DNA of 64,000 nucleotides from NCBI GenBank assembly GCA_016792805.1, contig JAEUHX010000076.1, forward strand, positions 29,541 to 93,540. The letters are read 5' to 3'. The notes under the pieces were generated by a model, which was not told the DNA's origin, did no database searches, and worked only from the letters and a program-made list of their open reading frames with translations. This document shows, piece after piece, positions 45,301 to 52,382 of this stretch. The DNA is from Planctomycetota bacterium. Lineage in GTDB: Bacteria > Planctomycetota > UBA1135 > JACQFD01. Position 1 is the first letter of the stretch. Each line of letters begins with the position of its first letter. The translations under genes and the position numbers were made by a program.

Positions 45301-45582
45301 GTTGCACTCCGCCCGGACGCGCTTCTTCCCGGAGAAAGTTTGGATCTGCGCGTCGTGCCCAATGTTTTCTCCTCCGTGAATGAATCGTTCCGAGCTCGTT
45401 ACGAGTTACAAAATGGTGATGAGGTGCAATTGGCGGCGGGCGCTTATGTGGTGAGACTGCGGCTGCAATCGCCACGGGCGATTCCGGGATACACCCTCGT
45501 GTCCCAGCCCGGATTGGCAGGCTCGGCAGTCTTCGAAAGATCGATGGAGGTGAAGCCCGGCGAGCGAATCGAGCTGCCTTAG
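42349..45582 (+). CDS. ECF sigma-factor domain fused to a TM helix and a large extracytoplasmic beta-sandwich repeat region
   Basis: Sigma region 2 is present (DEHLAEEAVADAL...PVYWWLRKIVRRASIHQANKRSRRQ), as is region 4 (LPEKQATAIHLLLFQEMTISEIAQLLGDKYDAVHSRVYEAKLKLRDEL). A hydrophobic helix WFMGSMAAASAAALLASISVHAWA lies at about nt 43104-43172. About 800 aa follow with CarboxypepD_reg-like units (VLDAEGSPIPGATVGARLGDRTVYAEVTNTEGRATL). I place the start at ATG 42349. Confidence 0.7.
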   Translation: MGNHVARDAAIQDLEHQFWAWRFVVFGAKLGKTPEVRPEESAEVLAERWFILGQSLLMGLAQFIIRDEHLAEEAVADALRKSKEAAEGFDGRCPVYWWLRKIVRRASIHQANKRSRRQDAIPFADAPVEIIAADRDRSLVSAADLEAAIEAIIASLPEKQATAIHLLLFQEMTISEIAQLLGDKYDAVHSRVYEAKLKLRDELRRKGFSLAVLGEVPLLANAMRSVKPSSEATARIAALARAPMRRGVIRQPWFMGSMAAASAAALLASISVHAWAIDASGGSQSIRGDVSHENGNQPTNPSVATMPGVGGKTSPAQAVASSGGYGVSGRILMPQSQNGVPVPVAAGEVRYRDNDGNERLLAAIVNGEIVSVSDLPKGLKPGRIIFIDSAKSAARVEFVRAPGPNTEISLFPGWNDLGVLTLDPIAWVSASVMYSNGTPAPGMYIAFSSDLKSPAAGRFNGTVRTDGDGHARFAVPAGVQTKIRVYAADYTSEPQIMTLAQGQEVGAAPFTLPDLVKAKYRFVTPAGGSIHAPMLRKKSDGLVTANLQVQPSSDPEVVEVLRKPNVPLAIDLWLTPKDFVAVTLPPLSESVSEPIPIAVAADTWTARIARPTAVSEGELVTVVIPGAARPIFEKEVPFGAFLDLSLPRPESANSPLTVWVLKDGHPVGIWNWTVAQKTWAEGQAPAELSKPEVTWAPQVLDAEGSPIPGATVGARLGDRTVYAEVTNTEGRATLSAIPSSELTFYVVAPQYAPWILEPPHAGSSLPATVPLARVSWLELRQLSEDHGSEKWSFTPPEEILEGNRANDRGTRIFRVPTGAVVRIPIWVTGGRFGRARQSGPLDTSVVDSIDLAFVPGETITLDLTQGLTDGVASMVASTGGLSPANLAWGALSTDDKFLAVGRIQNDGSFDIRGFVDGAVVDVFPMAMGALSPGSNPEEVRRRIEALRANPLTRESVATIKIRAGRSGQSAGNPVGVDFSSIAATVALRPDALLPGESLDLRVVPNVFSSVNESFRARYELQNGDEVQLAAGAYVVRLRLQSPRAIPGYTLVSQPGLAGSAVFERSMEVKPGERIELP

Positions 45583-45915
45583 CAGAAGCCTTTGGCAAGT
45601 GTCATTCGAGCTGCGCACGCGGGCTTTTTGGCGATCTCATCGTTGGACCGCCTCGCCGAACTCGATGCTGCCTTTCGCGCGCATCGTTGCGATGTCGCGA
45701 TCGAAGAACCTCGAAGCGCTTGATTGCAGTCTGTCCGCAGCCCTCCCCCCACTGAAAGGGGCGGCGATCCAGCCCATCGCCGATCGCCGGTGACGGGACG
45801 CGTTTGGTCTTGGTGTCACGGGCGCCCCGAAGGCACGTGACCTCCCGCGCAGACGAATCCTTCCGATGCGCGTGGAGTTCCCGCACACCGATTCCTCGCA
45901 CATGGAGTTATTGCT

Positions 45916-46461
45916 ATGTCTTCGGTGGTCACTCTTCTCGGCTCGGTCTCTCCGGCAACGGCGAGCGCGATGATCGACGGGCTCGCTCCCAAGCTCGGAT
46001 GGTCAACAAAACCGGAGGATATCCTGGGCGCCAAGCTCTGCCTCGACGAAGCCTCGTTTGTAACCATTTTTTCGGTATTTCCCGTTGCGAACGCGGGCGA
46101 GTTTCCCTCGGTCCTGGCGATCAGCGACTTCGGCCAGATCTATAAGTTCGTCGTTACAGGTGCGAGCGCGTCTCTTCCAACGGGAGAGACTGCAACGATC
46201 GTCTCGGCGAGCTATGGAGTCTCGAAGAAGACCAAACATGTGATCTTTCGCCTGACCACACTGGCGGCCTCTGACGGATCCACGAAGGAGGTCAAGGTGT
46301 GCAAGTGTAAGGATGGGGCGGCGGAGGCGTTGCTCGACGGCGATCCGGTTCTCTGCTACGTGGAATGGGTCTGGGTTCCCTTTCCTCGGCCCCTCTGCCT
46401 CAACGACGAGTGCCCCATCGAATGTCGCTTCCAGGAGTCCATCTGCTCTTGTTCCCAATAA
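45916..46461 (+). CDS. Orphan hypothetical protein with a Cys-rich C-terminus
   Basis: A GGAG lies 8 nt upstream of the ATG. No signal peptide is evident. There are 8 Cys in the last 53 aa (CKCKDG...LCYVEW...PLCLNDECPIECRFQESICSCSQ). The antisense ORF 46003..46554 is Arg-rich and unlikely to be real. Confidence 0.55.
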   Translation: MSSVVTLLGSVSPATASAMIDGLAPKLGWSTKPEDILGAKLCLDEASFVTIFSVFPVANAGEFPSVLAISDFGQIYKFVVTGASASLPTGETATIVSASYGVSKKTKHVIFRLTTLAASDGSTKEVKVCKCKDGAAEALLDGDPVLCYVEWVWVPFPRPLCLNDECPIECRFQESICSCSQ

Positions 46462-46846
46462 TCGTGGCTTCCTAGGTTCCAGGGGCTTCGATCGGGTCTC
46501 GTTGTTCTTCGAGCACGTGGTTGGAGAACCGCTCTCCAGCGGTTCGAAGTTCACTTTTCGCGAGATTGAGGAGAGACGCGTGAGGCGTAGCCAAGGAGTT
46601 TCGTCGATCGCGGCTCGACGGTGAGATTGCGAAGAGGGGACGAGAAGCGCCGGAATGAGTCCTTCAGCGGCCTGCCCGGAATCCGCGAAGGAATCCGTTC
46701 TTGCGTTGGCGGCGAGACGCCATTCGCCGAGCGTCAGCTTCGGCGCCGACGAGACGAGCGAACACTTATCGGACGGCGTCCGGCTTCGAACCGCGGCGCT
46801 TTCCCTTCGAGCGCCAGCTCGGTACGGTCATGGGGAACTGCGCCCC

Positions 46847-48331
46847 ATGTTCCGCAAGGTCCTCATCGCCAATCGCGGCGAAATCGCGCTCCGCGTCATC
46901 CGCACCTGCCGCGAGCTCGGAATTCCCACCGTTGCCGTCTATAGCGACGTCGACCGCAACGCCCTCCACGTCCGCATGGCCGAAGAGGCCGTGCGGATCG
47001 GCGCGGCGCCGCCGAGTCAATCGTATTTGAAGGTGGAGGCGATTCTCGATGCGGCGCGCTCCACCGGTGCGCAGGCGATCCACCCCGGCTACGGCTTTCT
47101 GAGCGAGAAGGCACATTTCGCTGAAGCCGTTGAGCAGGCCGGGCTCACGTTTATCGGGCCGCCATCGACGGCAATGCGGCGCATGGGAGACAAGTTGTCG
47201 TCCCGCACCGCCATGGTGAAGGCTGGCGTTCCGGTCGTTCCCGGGCTCACGGAGCCGGTGGCCGACCTGGACGCTGCCGTTCGGGAGGCGGCCAAGATCG
47301 GCTACCCCGTGGCGCTGAAGGCGGCCGGCGGCGGCGGTGGAAAGGGGATTCGCCGCTGCGCGGATCCGAAGGATCTCCCGTCGGCTTTCCGCACGGCGAG
47401 CGGCGAAGCGCTCTCTGCCTTTGGCGACGGCAGGATCTACATCGAGCGCTATCTCGATCGCCCTCGGCACATCGAGGTGCAGATCGTCGGCGACAAGCAC
47501 GGCAATGTTGTGGCCGTCGGCGAGCGCGAGTGCACGATTCAGCGGCGCCACCAGAAGCTGCTCGAGGAGGCGCCGTCGGTCATTCTCGATGGCGCGTCAC
47601 GCCAGGCGATTCGCGAAGCGGCGGTGAAGGCGGCCAAGGCCGTCGGATACCACAATGCCGGAACTGTGGAATTTCTCTGGAGCGGGGGTCAGTTCTTCTT
47701 CCTTGAGATGAACTGCCGCCTCCAGGTGGAGCACCCGGTGACGGAGATGGTCTACAGCGTCGACCTCGTGCGTGAGCAGCTCCGCGTGGCCGCCGGAGAG
47801 AAGCTCACACTTCGCGACGGCATGGAGCCGCGCGGGCATGCGATCGAAGTGCGCGTGAACGCGGAGGATCCCGACAAAGGATTCCTGCCCTCCATCGGCA
47901 AAGTTGCCAATATTCGGCTGCCCGGAGGACCGTGGGTGCGCGTCGACTCGGGGCTCTACCGCGGATATGAGGTCACGCCCTACTACGACTCGCTTCTCGC
48001 AAAAGTGATCGCTTGGGGAGCTGACCGCGCCCAGGCGATCGCGCGTATGGAGCGGGCGCTGGCGGAGCTGCACGTCGGCGGCGTGAAGACGACGGCGCCG
48101 CTGGCGCTTCGCGTGCTGCGCGATCCGAGCTTTCGCGCGGGAGATTTTGACACTCACTTTTTGGAGACTTTCACACCCCCGCGAAACGCGGAGCGCGAGG
48201 AGGTGGCGGCGCTGGTGGCGGCGGTTCACAGACACCTCGGCACGTCGCGGCAGGCGCTGAAGGCGCGCAGCCAGGGGGCAGCGAGCGGCGGATTGTCGCC
48301 TTGGGTCGCGTCGTGGAGGGTGGGCCGATGA
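46847..48331 (+). CDS. accC: Biotin carboxylase subunit of acetyl/propionyl-CoA carboxylase
   Basis: The start is MFRKVLIANRGEIALRVIRTCRELGI at ATG 46847. Motifs are GGGGKGIR and FLEMNCRLQVEHPVTE. Confidence 0.92.
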   Translation: MFRKVLIANRGEIALRVIRTCRELGIPTVAVYSDVDRNALHVRMAEEAVRIGAAPPSQSYLKVEAILDAARSTGAQAIHPGYGFLSEKAHFAEAVEQAGLTFIGPPSTAMRRMGDKLSSRTAMVKAGVPVVPGLTEPVADLDAAVREAAKIGYPVALKAAGGGGGKGIRRCADPKDLPSAFRTASGEALSAFGDGRIYIERYLDRPRHIEVQIVGDKHGNVVAVGERECTIQRRHQKLLEEAPSVILDGASRQAIREAAVKAAKAVGYHNAGTVEFLWSGGQFFFLEMNCRLQVEHPVTEMVYSVDLVREQLRVAAGEKLTLRDGMEPRGHAIEVRVNAEDPDKGFLPSIGKVANIRLPGGPWVRVDSGLYRGYEVTPYYDSLLAKVIAWGADRAQAIARMERALAELHVGGVKTTAPLALRVLRDPSFRAGDFDTHFLETFTPPRNAEREEVAALVAAVHRHLGTSRQALKARSQGAASGGLSPWVASWRVGR

Positions 48332-48867
48332 AGTATTTTGTGAACGTTGCCGGGCGCGATCTGGAAGTGGTGTTCGAGCAGCGCGGCGACGACGTGTACG
48401 CCCGCGTGGGCGATCGTGAGCACCGCGTCTCGTACTCGGAGGTCGATGGCCTCGGGCAGTACTCGATCCTGGTGGATGGGAAGTCGTGGGCCGCGTCGAT
48501 CGAGGCACCGAAGGGTTCCCACGGGAAGTCCTTGGAAGGGGAGTTCTCGGTCGGGCTCGCGGGTGAGGTTTTTCCGGTGCTCATTGAGAACGAGCGCGAG
48601 CGTGCGGCGCACGCCGCAGAGCGCGGAGGCGGCCGCGGCCCTCGGACGGTTCAAGCGGCGATGCCTGGAATTGTGGTGTCGCTGCTGGTGAAGGAGGGCG
48701 ACGTGGTGGAGGAGGGGGCAGCGCTGCTCGTGCTGGAAGCGATGAAGATGCAGAACGAGGTCCGTGCGGAGGCGGCCGGCCGCGTGGAGAAGATCCATGC
48801 AGAAGCCGGAAAGACGGTGTCGGCCGGGCAGAACCTGGTGACGCTCGGGCCGGTGCCGGAGAAGTAA
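48328..48867 (+). CDS. Biotin carboxyl carrier protein (biotinyl/lipoyl domain)
   Basis: An ATGA overlap with accC lies at 48328-48331. The biotinylation motif is LVLEAMKMQNEV. Confidence 0.85.
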   Translation: MKYFVNVAGRDLEVVFEQRGDDVYARVGDREHRVSYSEVDGLGQYSILVDGKSWAASIEAPKGSHGKSLEGEFSVGLAGEVFPVLIENERERAAHAAERGGGRGPRTVQAAMPGIVVSLLVKEGDVVEEGAALLVLEAMKMQNEVRAEAAGRVEKIHAEAGKTVSAGQNLVTLGPVPEK

Positions 48868-48920
48868 CGAACGCTCGATTGTTGAGAATTTGGCGTGGCC
48901 GACCATGGCGCGCCCGCGGA

Positions 48921-49329
48921 TAGCGAGTCATCACTCGGGAAGAATGGGGCGTGGTCGGTCTTGGCGCGGCAGCGGACAGTCCAAGAGGCCATTCCGGGAT
49001 AAGTTTGATTTGAGCACTCGGGAAGAAAGGGGCGTGGTCGGTCTTGGCGCGACAGCGGACAGTCCTCGACGCTCGGCGGCCCATCGGCTGCGCAGAATCC
49101 GACCGGCGCTTCGCGCCCGTCGGATTCTGCGCGCGCCATGGCCTCGCGTCTGCGGAACTCGCCGCGCCAAGACCGACCCACGCCCCATTCCAAGCCGTCC
49201 CGCATCTGTGAAGCGGATGGGGGGTGCGACCTGGCGCGGCAACATCCCCACAGATTCCTTCGTTGTCGCCGTAGGGCGCGGGCATCGCCCGCGACGATCT
49301 CGCGCGCGCTTGCGCGCGCGGATGAAGAA
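48921..49329. repeat. MITE-like nested-palindrome intergenic repeat, copy 2 (with a duplicated left arm)
   Basis: It has the same blocks as 6469-6918. The left arm is present twice (48933-48995 and 49016-49066). It lacks the hairpin-rich segment of about 145 bp found at 6548-6692 in copy 1. Confidence 0.8.
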
Positions 49330-49395
49330 CCCAGCCACGGCCTCAAGTTCCACAGCCCGATCGCCACCGCGCGGGGCGCGCCCCGCGGAGACTGG

Positions 49396-49563
49396 TCGGC
49401 GCACGCGCCGACTCCACTTCAATAAAATCCTCCTGCGCACGCGCCGACCCCACTTCTACAAAATCGTCGATTCCGCGCGTTGAACTCAGTTCAACAAAGT
49501 CGTCCAGCACACGCGCCTATACCACTTCTTCAAAGTAGTTCAGCGCGTGCGCAGACCCTACGG
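49396..49563. repeat. Degenerate tandem array, period about 36-38 bp (gcgcacgcgccgaccccacttc...), the reverse complement of the 6377-6440 repeat
   Basis: The units are tcggcgcacgcgccgactccacttcaat (49396-49423), ctgcgcacgcgccgaccccacttctac (49434-49460), cagcacacgcgcctataccacttcttc (49505-49531) and a degenerate cagcgcgtgcgcagaccctacgg (49541-49563). A palindrome ttgaactcagttcaa lies at 49480-49494. Confidence 0.7.
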
Positions 49564-49618
49564 ATCGATTGGGAAACGCTCTCGCCGCGGCTTTTATTGC
49601 AACCCCGGCAGCGGTCCG

Positions 49619-50176
49619 CTAGCTGAGGGGTTTCGAGCGGACCCAGTCGCGGAGCTTTGGGAGCGAGCGATCGGTGTATTCGGGTGAGAGTCGCTCGAGG
49701 AGAAAGGTTCGGAAGACTCCGTCGAGCGCCGTCGAGATCTGCTCGTAAGCGGTGACGGTCTCAAGCGCGCGCACATGGGCCTCTTCTTCCTCGCTCTCGG
49801 GGACGGAGCAGGAGCGAAGGGAGAAGGTCTCGGCATCAAAAGTGGTATTCCACTCGCGGTCGGCGTCGGCCACGATGAGCCGCGCGCGCACGAGCCGCTT
49901 GCCGCGCTTCAGGGCCGCTGCGGCCTCCACTCCGGAAAGCGGCCGGCCGTGGCGCAGCGACTGTTCGGGGCGCTTGCCCTCCTCGTCCTCGCGCCGATCG
50001 CGCAGGACGAGCGGGCCGTCGAGCGCGATGCCAACGGATCGCCCGCCGCCGAGGTCGTACTCCGACTCGCCGGCCTCAAAGCGCCACCAAAGCCACGTCA
50101 GGAACTCCTCGCCGAGAAACGCGCGCTCGTCGCGCGCCACCTGCGGCTCGGACTCTTTTGCGGATTTCGGACTCAC
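49619..50176 (-). CDS. RdgC-like protein, C-terminal-half homolog
   Basis: AFLGEEFLTWLWW...KRGKRLVRARLIV...FDAETFSLRS...ALDGVFRTFLLERL aligns by eye with the C-terminal half of RdgC (LTLTEWV...AGKVVTKLAL...RFDADFILM...LIQNLIEGL). The GTG start overlaps the upstream TGA (GTGA at 50173-50176). Confidence 0.55.
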   Translation of the reverse strand: MSPKSAKESEPQVARDERAFLGEEFLTWLWWRFEAGESEYDLGGGRSVGIALDGPLVLRDRREDEEGKRPEQSLRHGRPLSGVEAAAALKRGKRLVRARLIVADADREWNTTFDAETFSLRSCSVPESEEEEAHVRALETVTAYEQISTALDGVFRTFLLERLSPEYTDRSLPKLRDWVRSKPLS

Positions 50177-50823
50177 GCCTCCACCTCCTGCGCGCGGGCC
50201 GATGCCGCGCGCGAACTCCCGACGAGATCGGCCGGGCTGATGTGCGACATTACTTTTCGAAGCGGATCGGGCAGCTTCAATCGCTCGGCGACGATCGACG
50301 GCGTCGCTGGCGCAAGCGACCGCCGGAAGCTCTCGCGGAAATGCCGCGCGACGCGCTCGAGCGTCGCTCCACCTGTTGCAAAAACATACAGAACACCGCG
50401 CCGCGGATTCCAGATGCAGTCGGTGATCGACACCGAGGGCAGCGCGCGCGCCATGAGTTTGCGCTTGGTCTCCTCGAGGATCTCCTTCTTCTGCGCGCGG
50501 CCAAGCGGCTTGCCGCCCGATGCGGCCGCGCGCAGATCGGCCGAGGCGTGAATCCGAAGCAGCGTCGCCGGAACCTTCTTTCGGTCGATGCGCAGCGCGA
50601 AGACGAGGAAGTGCTCCGCGATCACATCTTCCGGCTCGAATCGGGCGCCGCTCAGGTCACCCCGTGTGACCCAGCCGACCGATTCATCGTCGGTGGCGCT
50701 CCCCTCGATCGGCTTGAACCGCTCGCGCTCAAGCGCTTTCAGAAGCGACAAATCGGAGACGTCGGCGGGCTCGCCCTCGACGAAGAAGCGCACAAAGGAG
50801 CCCGAGCGCCGGAATCGATGCAT
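50173..50823 (-). CDS. RdgC-like protein, N-terminal-half homolog
   Basis: RFKPIEGSATDDESVGWV...LVFALRIDRKKVPATLL...KKEILEETKRKLMARALPS...CIWNPRRGVLYVFA...LERVARHFRESF aligns by eye with the RdgC N-terminal half (FTPCG..MGWVPP..VICARKEEKILPSPV..LLPRAF..MMWIDTVNGLIMVD..LALLRKSLG). Confidence 0.6.
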   Translation of the reverse strand: MHRFRRSGSFVRFFVEGEPADVSDLSLLKALERERFKPIEGSATDDESVGWVTRGDLSGARFEPEDVIAEHFLVFALRIDRKKVPATLLRIHASADLRAAASGGKPLGRAQKKEILEETKRKLMARALPSVSITDCIWNPRRGVLYVFATGGATLERVARHFRESFRRSLAPATPSIVAERLKLPDPLRKVMSHISPADLVGSSRAASARAQEVEA

Positions 50824-50928
50824 GGGATGCCGCGGAGTGGAATGACCCTTCGAGCTCGCCTCGAGGGCGTGGCGTTGTACCGCACCGCGGTGGGCGCGCC
50901 AGCCCCCCGGAGAATGGTGACAAATCGG

Positions 50929-51804
50929 TCACCGGCTTGCGCCAGAGGACGCGCCGCGCCAGCGGCCGAGCGACTGTGCGAGACGCAGAAGCGGAGCGAG
51001 CTGCGGGGGGCTGCCGGCGAGGTCGCGCGCCGTGAGCCGTGCTGCTCGCGCGAGCGCGCCGAGGAAGCTGCGCGGACGGCGAATTCCGAAGAGCTGCGCC
51101 TCGATGACGGCGTCGTCGCGGTGGCGCGCGAAATCCCGCGCGAGCCCGCTCTCATGGGAATGGGCAACGACGGCATCGGCGGCGAAGGCGATCCCGTGGC
51201 CCGCTTCGAGCGCGCGCTTTCCCCAGTCGAGATCTTCACCAAAAGGAAGATTACGAAAAGGAAGTTCACGAAAGACGCTCGCTCGGATCGCGGAGGCCAC
51301 ATTATTGAAGTGACAGAAAATCCTCCGGTCCGCGGCGTTCCAAGAGGCGAAGTCGGGATGGTCGGCGAGGCGTTTCACGAGGCGCGCTCGGCCCGCCACG
51401 AGGTCGCGCTCCACGTCGCGGCGCACGAGAGTCGTGGCGTTCTCGTGGGGAACCACGCGGGCGTAGGCGCCGGCGATCGTCGGATCGGCGAGCGGCGCGA
51501 GCAGCGAAGCAACAAATCGATCGCCGACCGGAAGCGCGTCCTGCACCAGAAAAACAACAGCCGTTGCTGTCGTTCCCTCCGCTGCGCGCGTCCGTGTGGC
51601 GCCATGATTGAACTCCGACTTGGCGATGGAGATCACCTGTGCTCCCTCCCGCGCCGCTAGCTCGGGCGTGCCGTCGCTCGACGCCGAATCGATCACCACG
51701 ATCTCGCGAACGATCCCCGCCGGCTGCTGAGCCCGCAGGCGCGCGAGGAGCTCGGCGAGCTGCGCGCCAGCGTTCCAGGTGGGGAGGACGACGCGGGCAT
51801 CCAT
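50929..51804 (-). CDS. Family 2 glycosyltransferase
   Basis: GT-A motifs are VVLPTWNAG...VVIDSASSDGT...FLVQDALP. I place the start at ATG 51804 (MDARVVLP); the track start at 51891 is an alternative. Confidence 0.8.
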   Translation of the reverse strand: MDARVVLPTWNAGAQLAELLARLRAQQPAGIVREIVVIDSASSDGTPELAAREGAQVISIAKSEFNHGATRTRAAEGTTATAVVFLVQDALPVGDRFVASLLAPLADPTIAGAYARVVPHENATTLVRRDVERDLVAGRARLVKRLADHPDFASWNAADRRIFCHFNNVASAIRASVFRELPFRNLPFGEDLDWGKRALEAGHGIAFAADAVVAHSHESGLARDFARHRDDAVIEAQLFGIRRPRSFLGALARAARLTARDLAGSPPQLAPLLRLAQSLGRWRGASSGASR

Positions 51805-51896
51805 CGGCGGCGGTTCTACCCGATCGGGACGGCGCGCCGACGCTCTGTAACCGCCGACCGCTGGGCGCGCGTACGAGGCCATACTCCCCACGCCGC

Positions 51897-52382
51897 GTGG
51901 ACCCCACTCAACGCTTCGAGCAGCTCGCGGAGCTTGCCGGCCCGGTGCTTTCGGCCGTCATACGCCGCTTCGTGCGCGACTCGGGCGCCGCCGAGGAGGT
52001 TCTCCAGGATGTGCTCCTCGAGGTGTGGCGGAGGCTCGACGACCTCGACCCCAAGCGCGACCCCATGCCCTACCTCCGTAAGCTCGCTGTGAGCCGCTCC
52101 ATCGACTGGCTTCGGCGCCGGCCGGGGTTTGCTCTCGATGGCGCGAGCGCCGCCGAGGAACTCGCGGCGCCGGTTCCAGCGGCGACGCGCCTCGAGGCCG
52201 ACCTGAGCGCGCTGCCCGACCACGAGAGGGCCGCGATTTTATTGTATTATCAGGAACAGCACTCGGTCGCCGAGATCGCAACGATTCTGCAGGCGTCGGT
52301 CTCGGCTGTGAAAGTGTGGCTTTTCCGCGCTCGGGCGAAGCTTCGCCCGCAATTCGAGCGCGAGGCGCGAGGATCGAAATGA
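51897..52382 (+). CDS. ECF sigma factor (compact, 161 aa)
   Basis: The start is GTG 51897. Region 2 is present (AEEVLQDVLLEVWRR...YLRKLAVSRSIDWLRRR), as is region 4 (LPDHERAAILLYYQEQHSVAEIATILQASVSAVKVWLFRARAKLR). Confidence 0.85.
   Translation: MDPTQRFEQLAELAGPVLSAVIRRFVRDSGAAEEVLQDVLLEVWRRLDDLDPKRDPMPYLRKLAVSRSIDWLRRRPGFALDGASAAEELAAPVPAATRLEADLSALPDHERAAILLYYQEQHSVAEIATILQASVSAVKVWLFRARAKLRPQFEREARGSK

Noticed and set aside
45637-45903. An ORF on the minus strand in the 333-bp gap after the sigma-fusion gene. Its tail (..RFFDRDIATMRAKGSIEFGEAVQR) looks protein-like, so it could be a gene remnant.
   Set aside because: The rest of the ORF is Arg-rich with no start context or motif. It is too short to assign. 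At most it is an unverifiable pseudogene fragment.
46530-46550. A tRNA-like T-loop string (ggttcgaag) in the gap upstream of accC.
   Set aside because: The flanking bases cannot form a T-arm, acceptor stem or anticodon arm. No other tRNA hallmarks occur in any intergenic region I scanned.
49396-49563. Possible CRISPR array, given regularly spaced repeats of about 24-28 nt.
   Set aside because: The period is only about 36-38 bp, the 'spacers' are 10-12 nt and partly conserved, and the units degenerate. There are no cas genes in the window.
51846-51873. An ECF-type promoter call for the second sigma operon (TGTAAC-N18-CGTA).
   Set aside because: The spacer is 1-2 nt longer than typical and the -35 is imperfect. 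I mention it inside the cluster finding but it is not strong enough to list as a feature.
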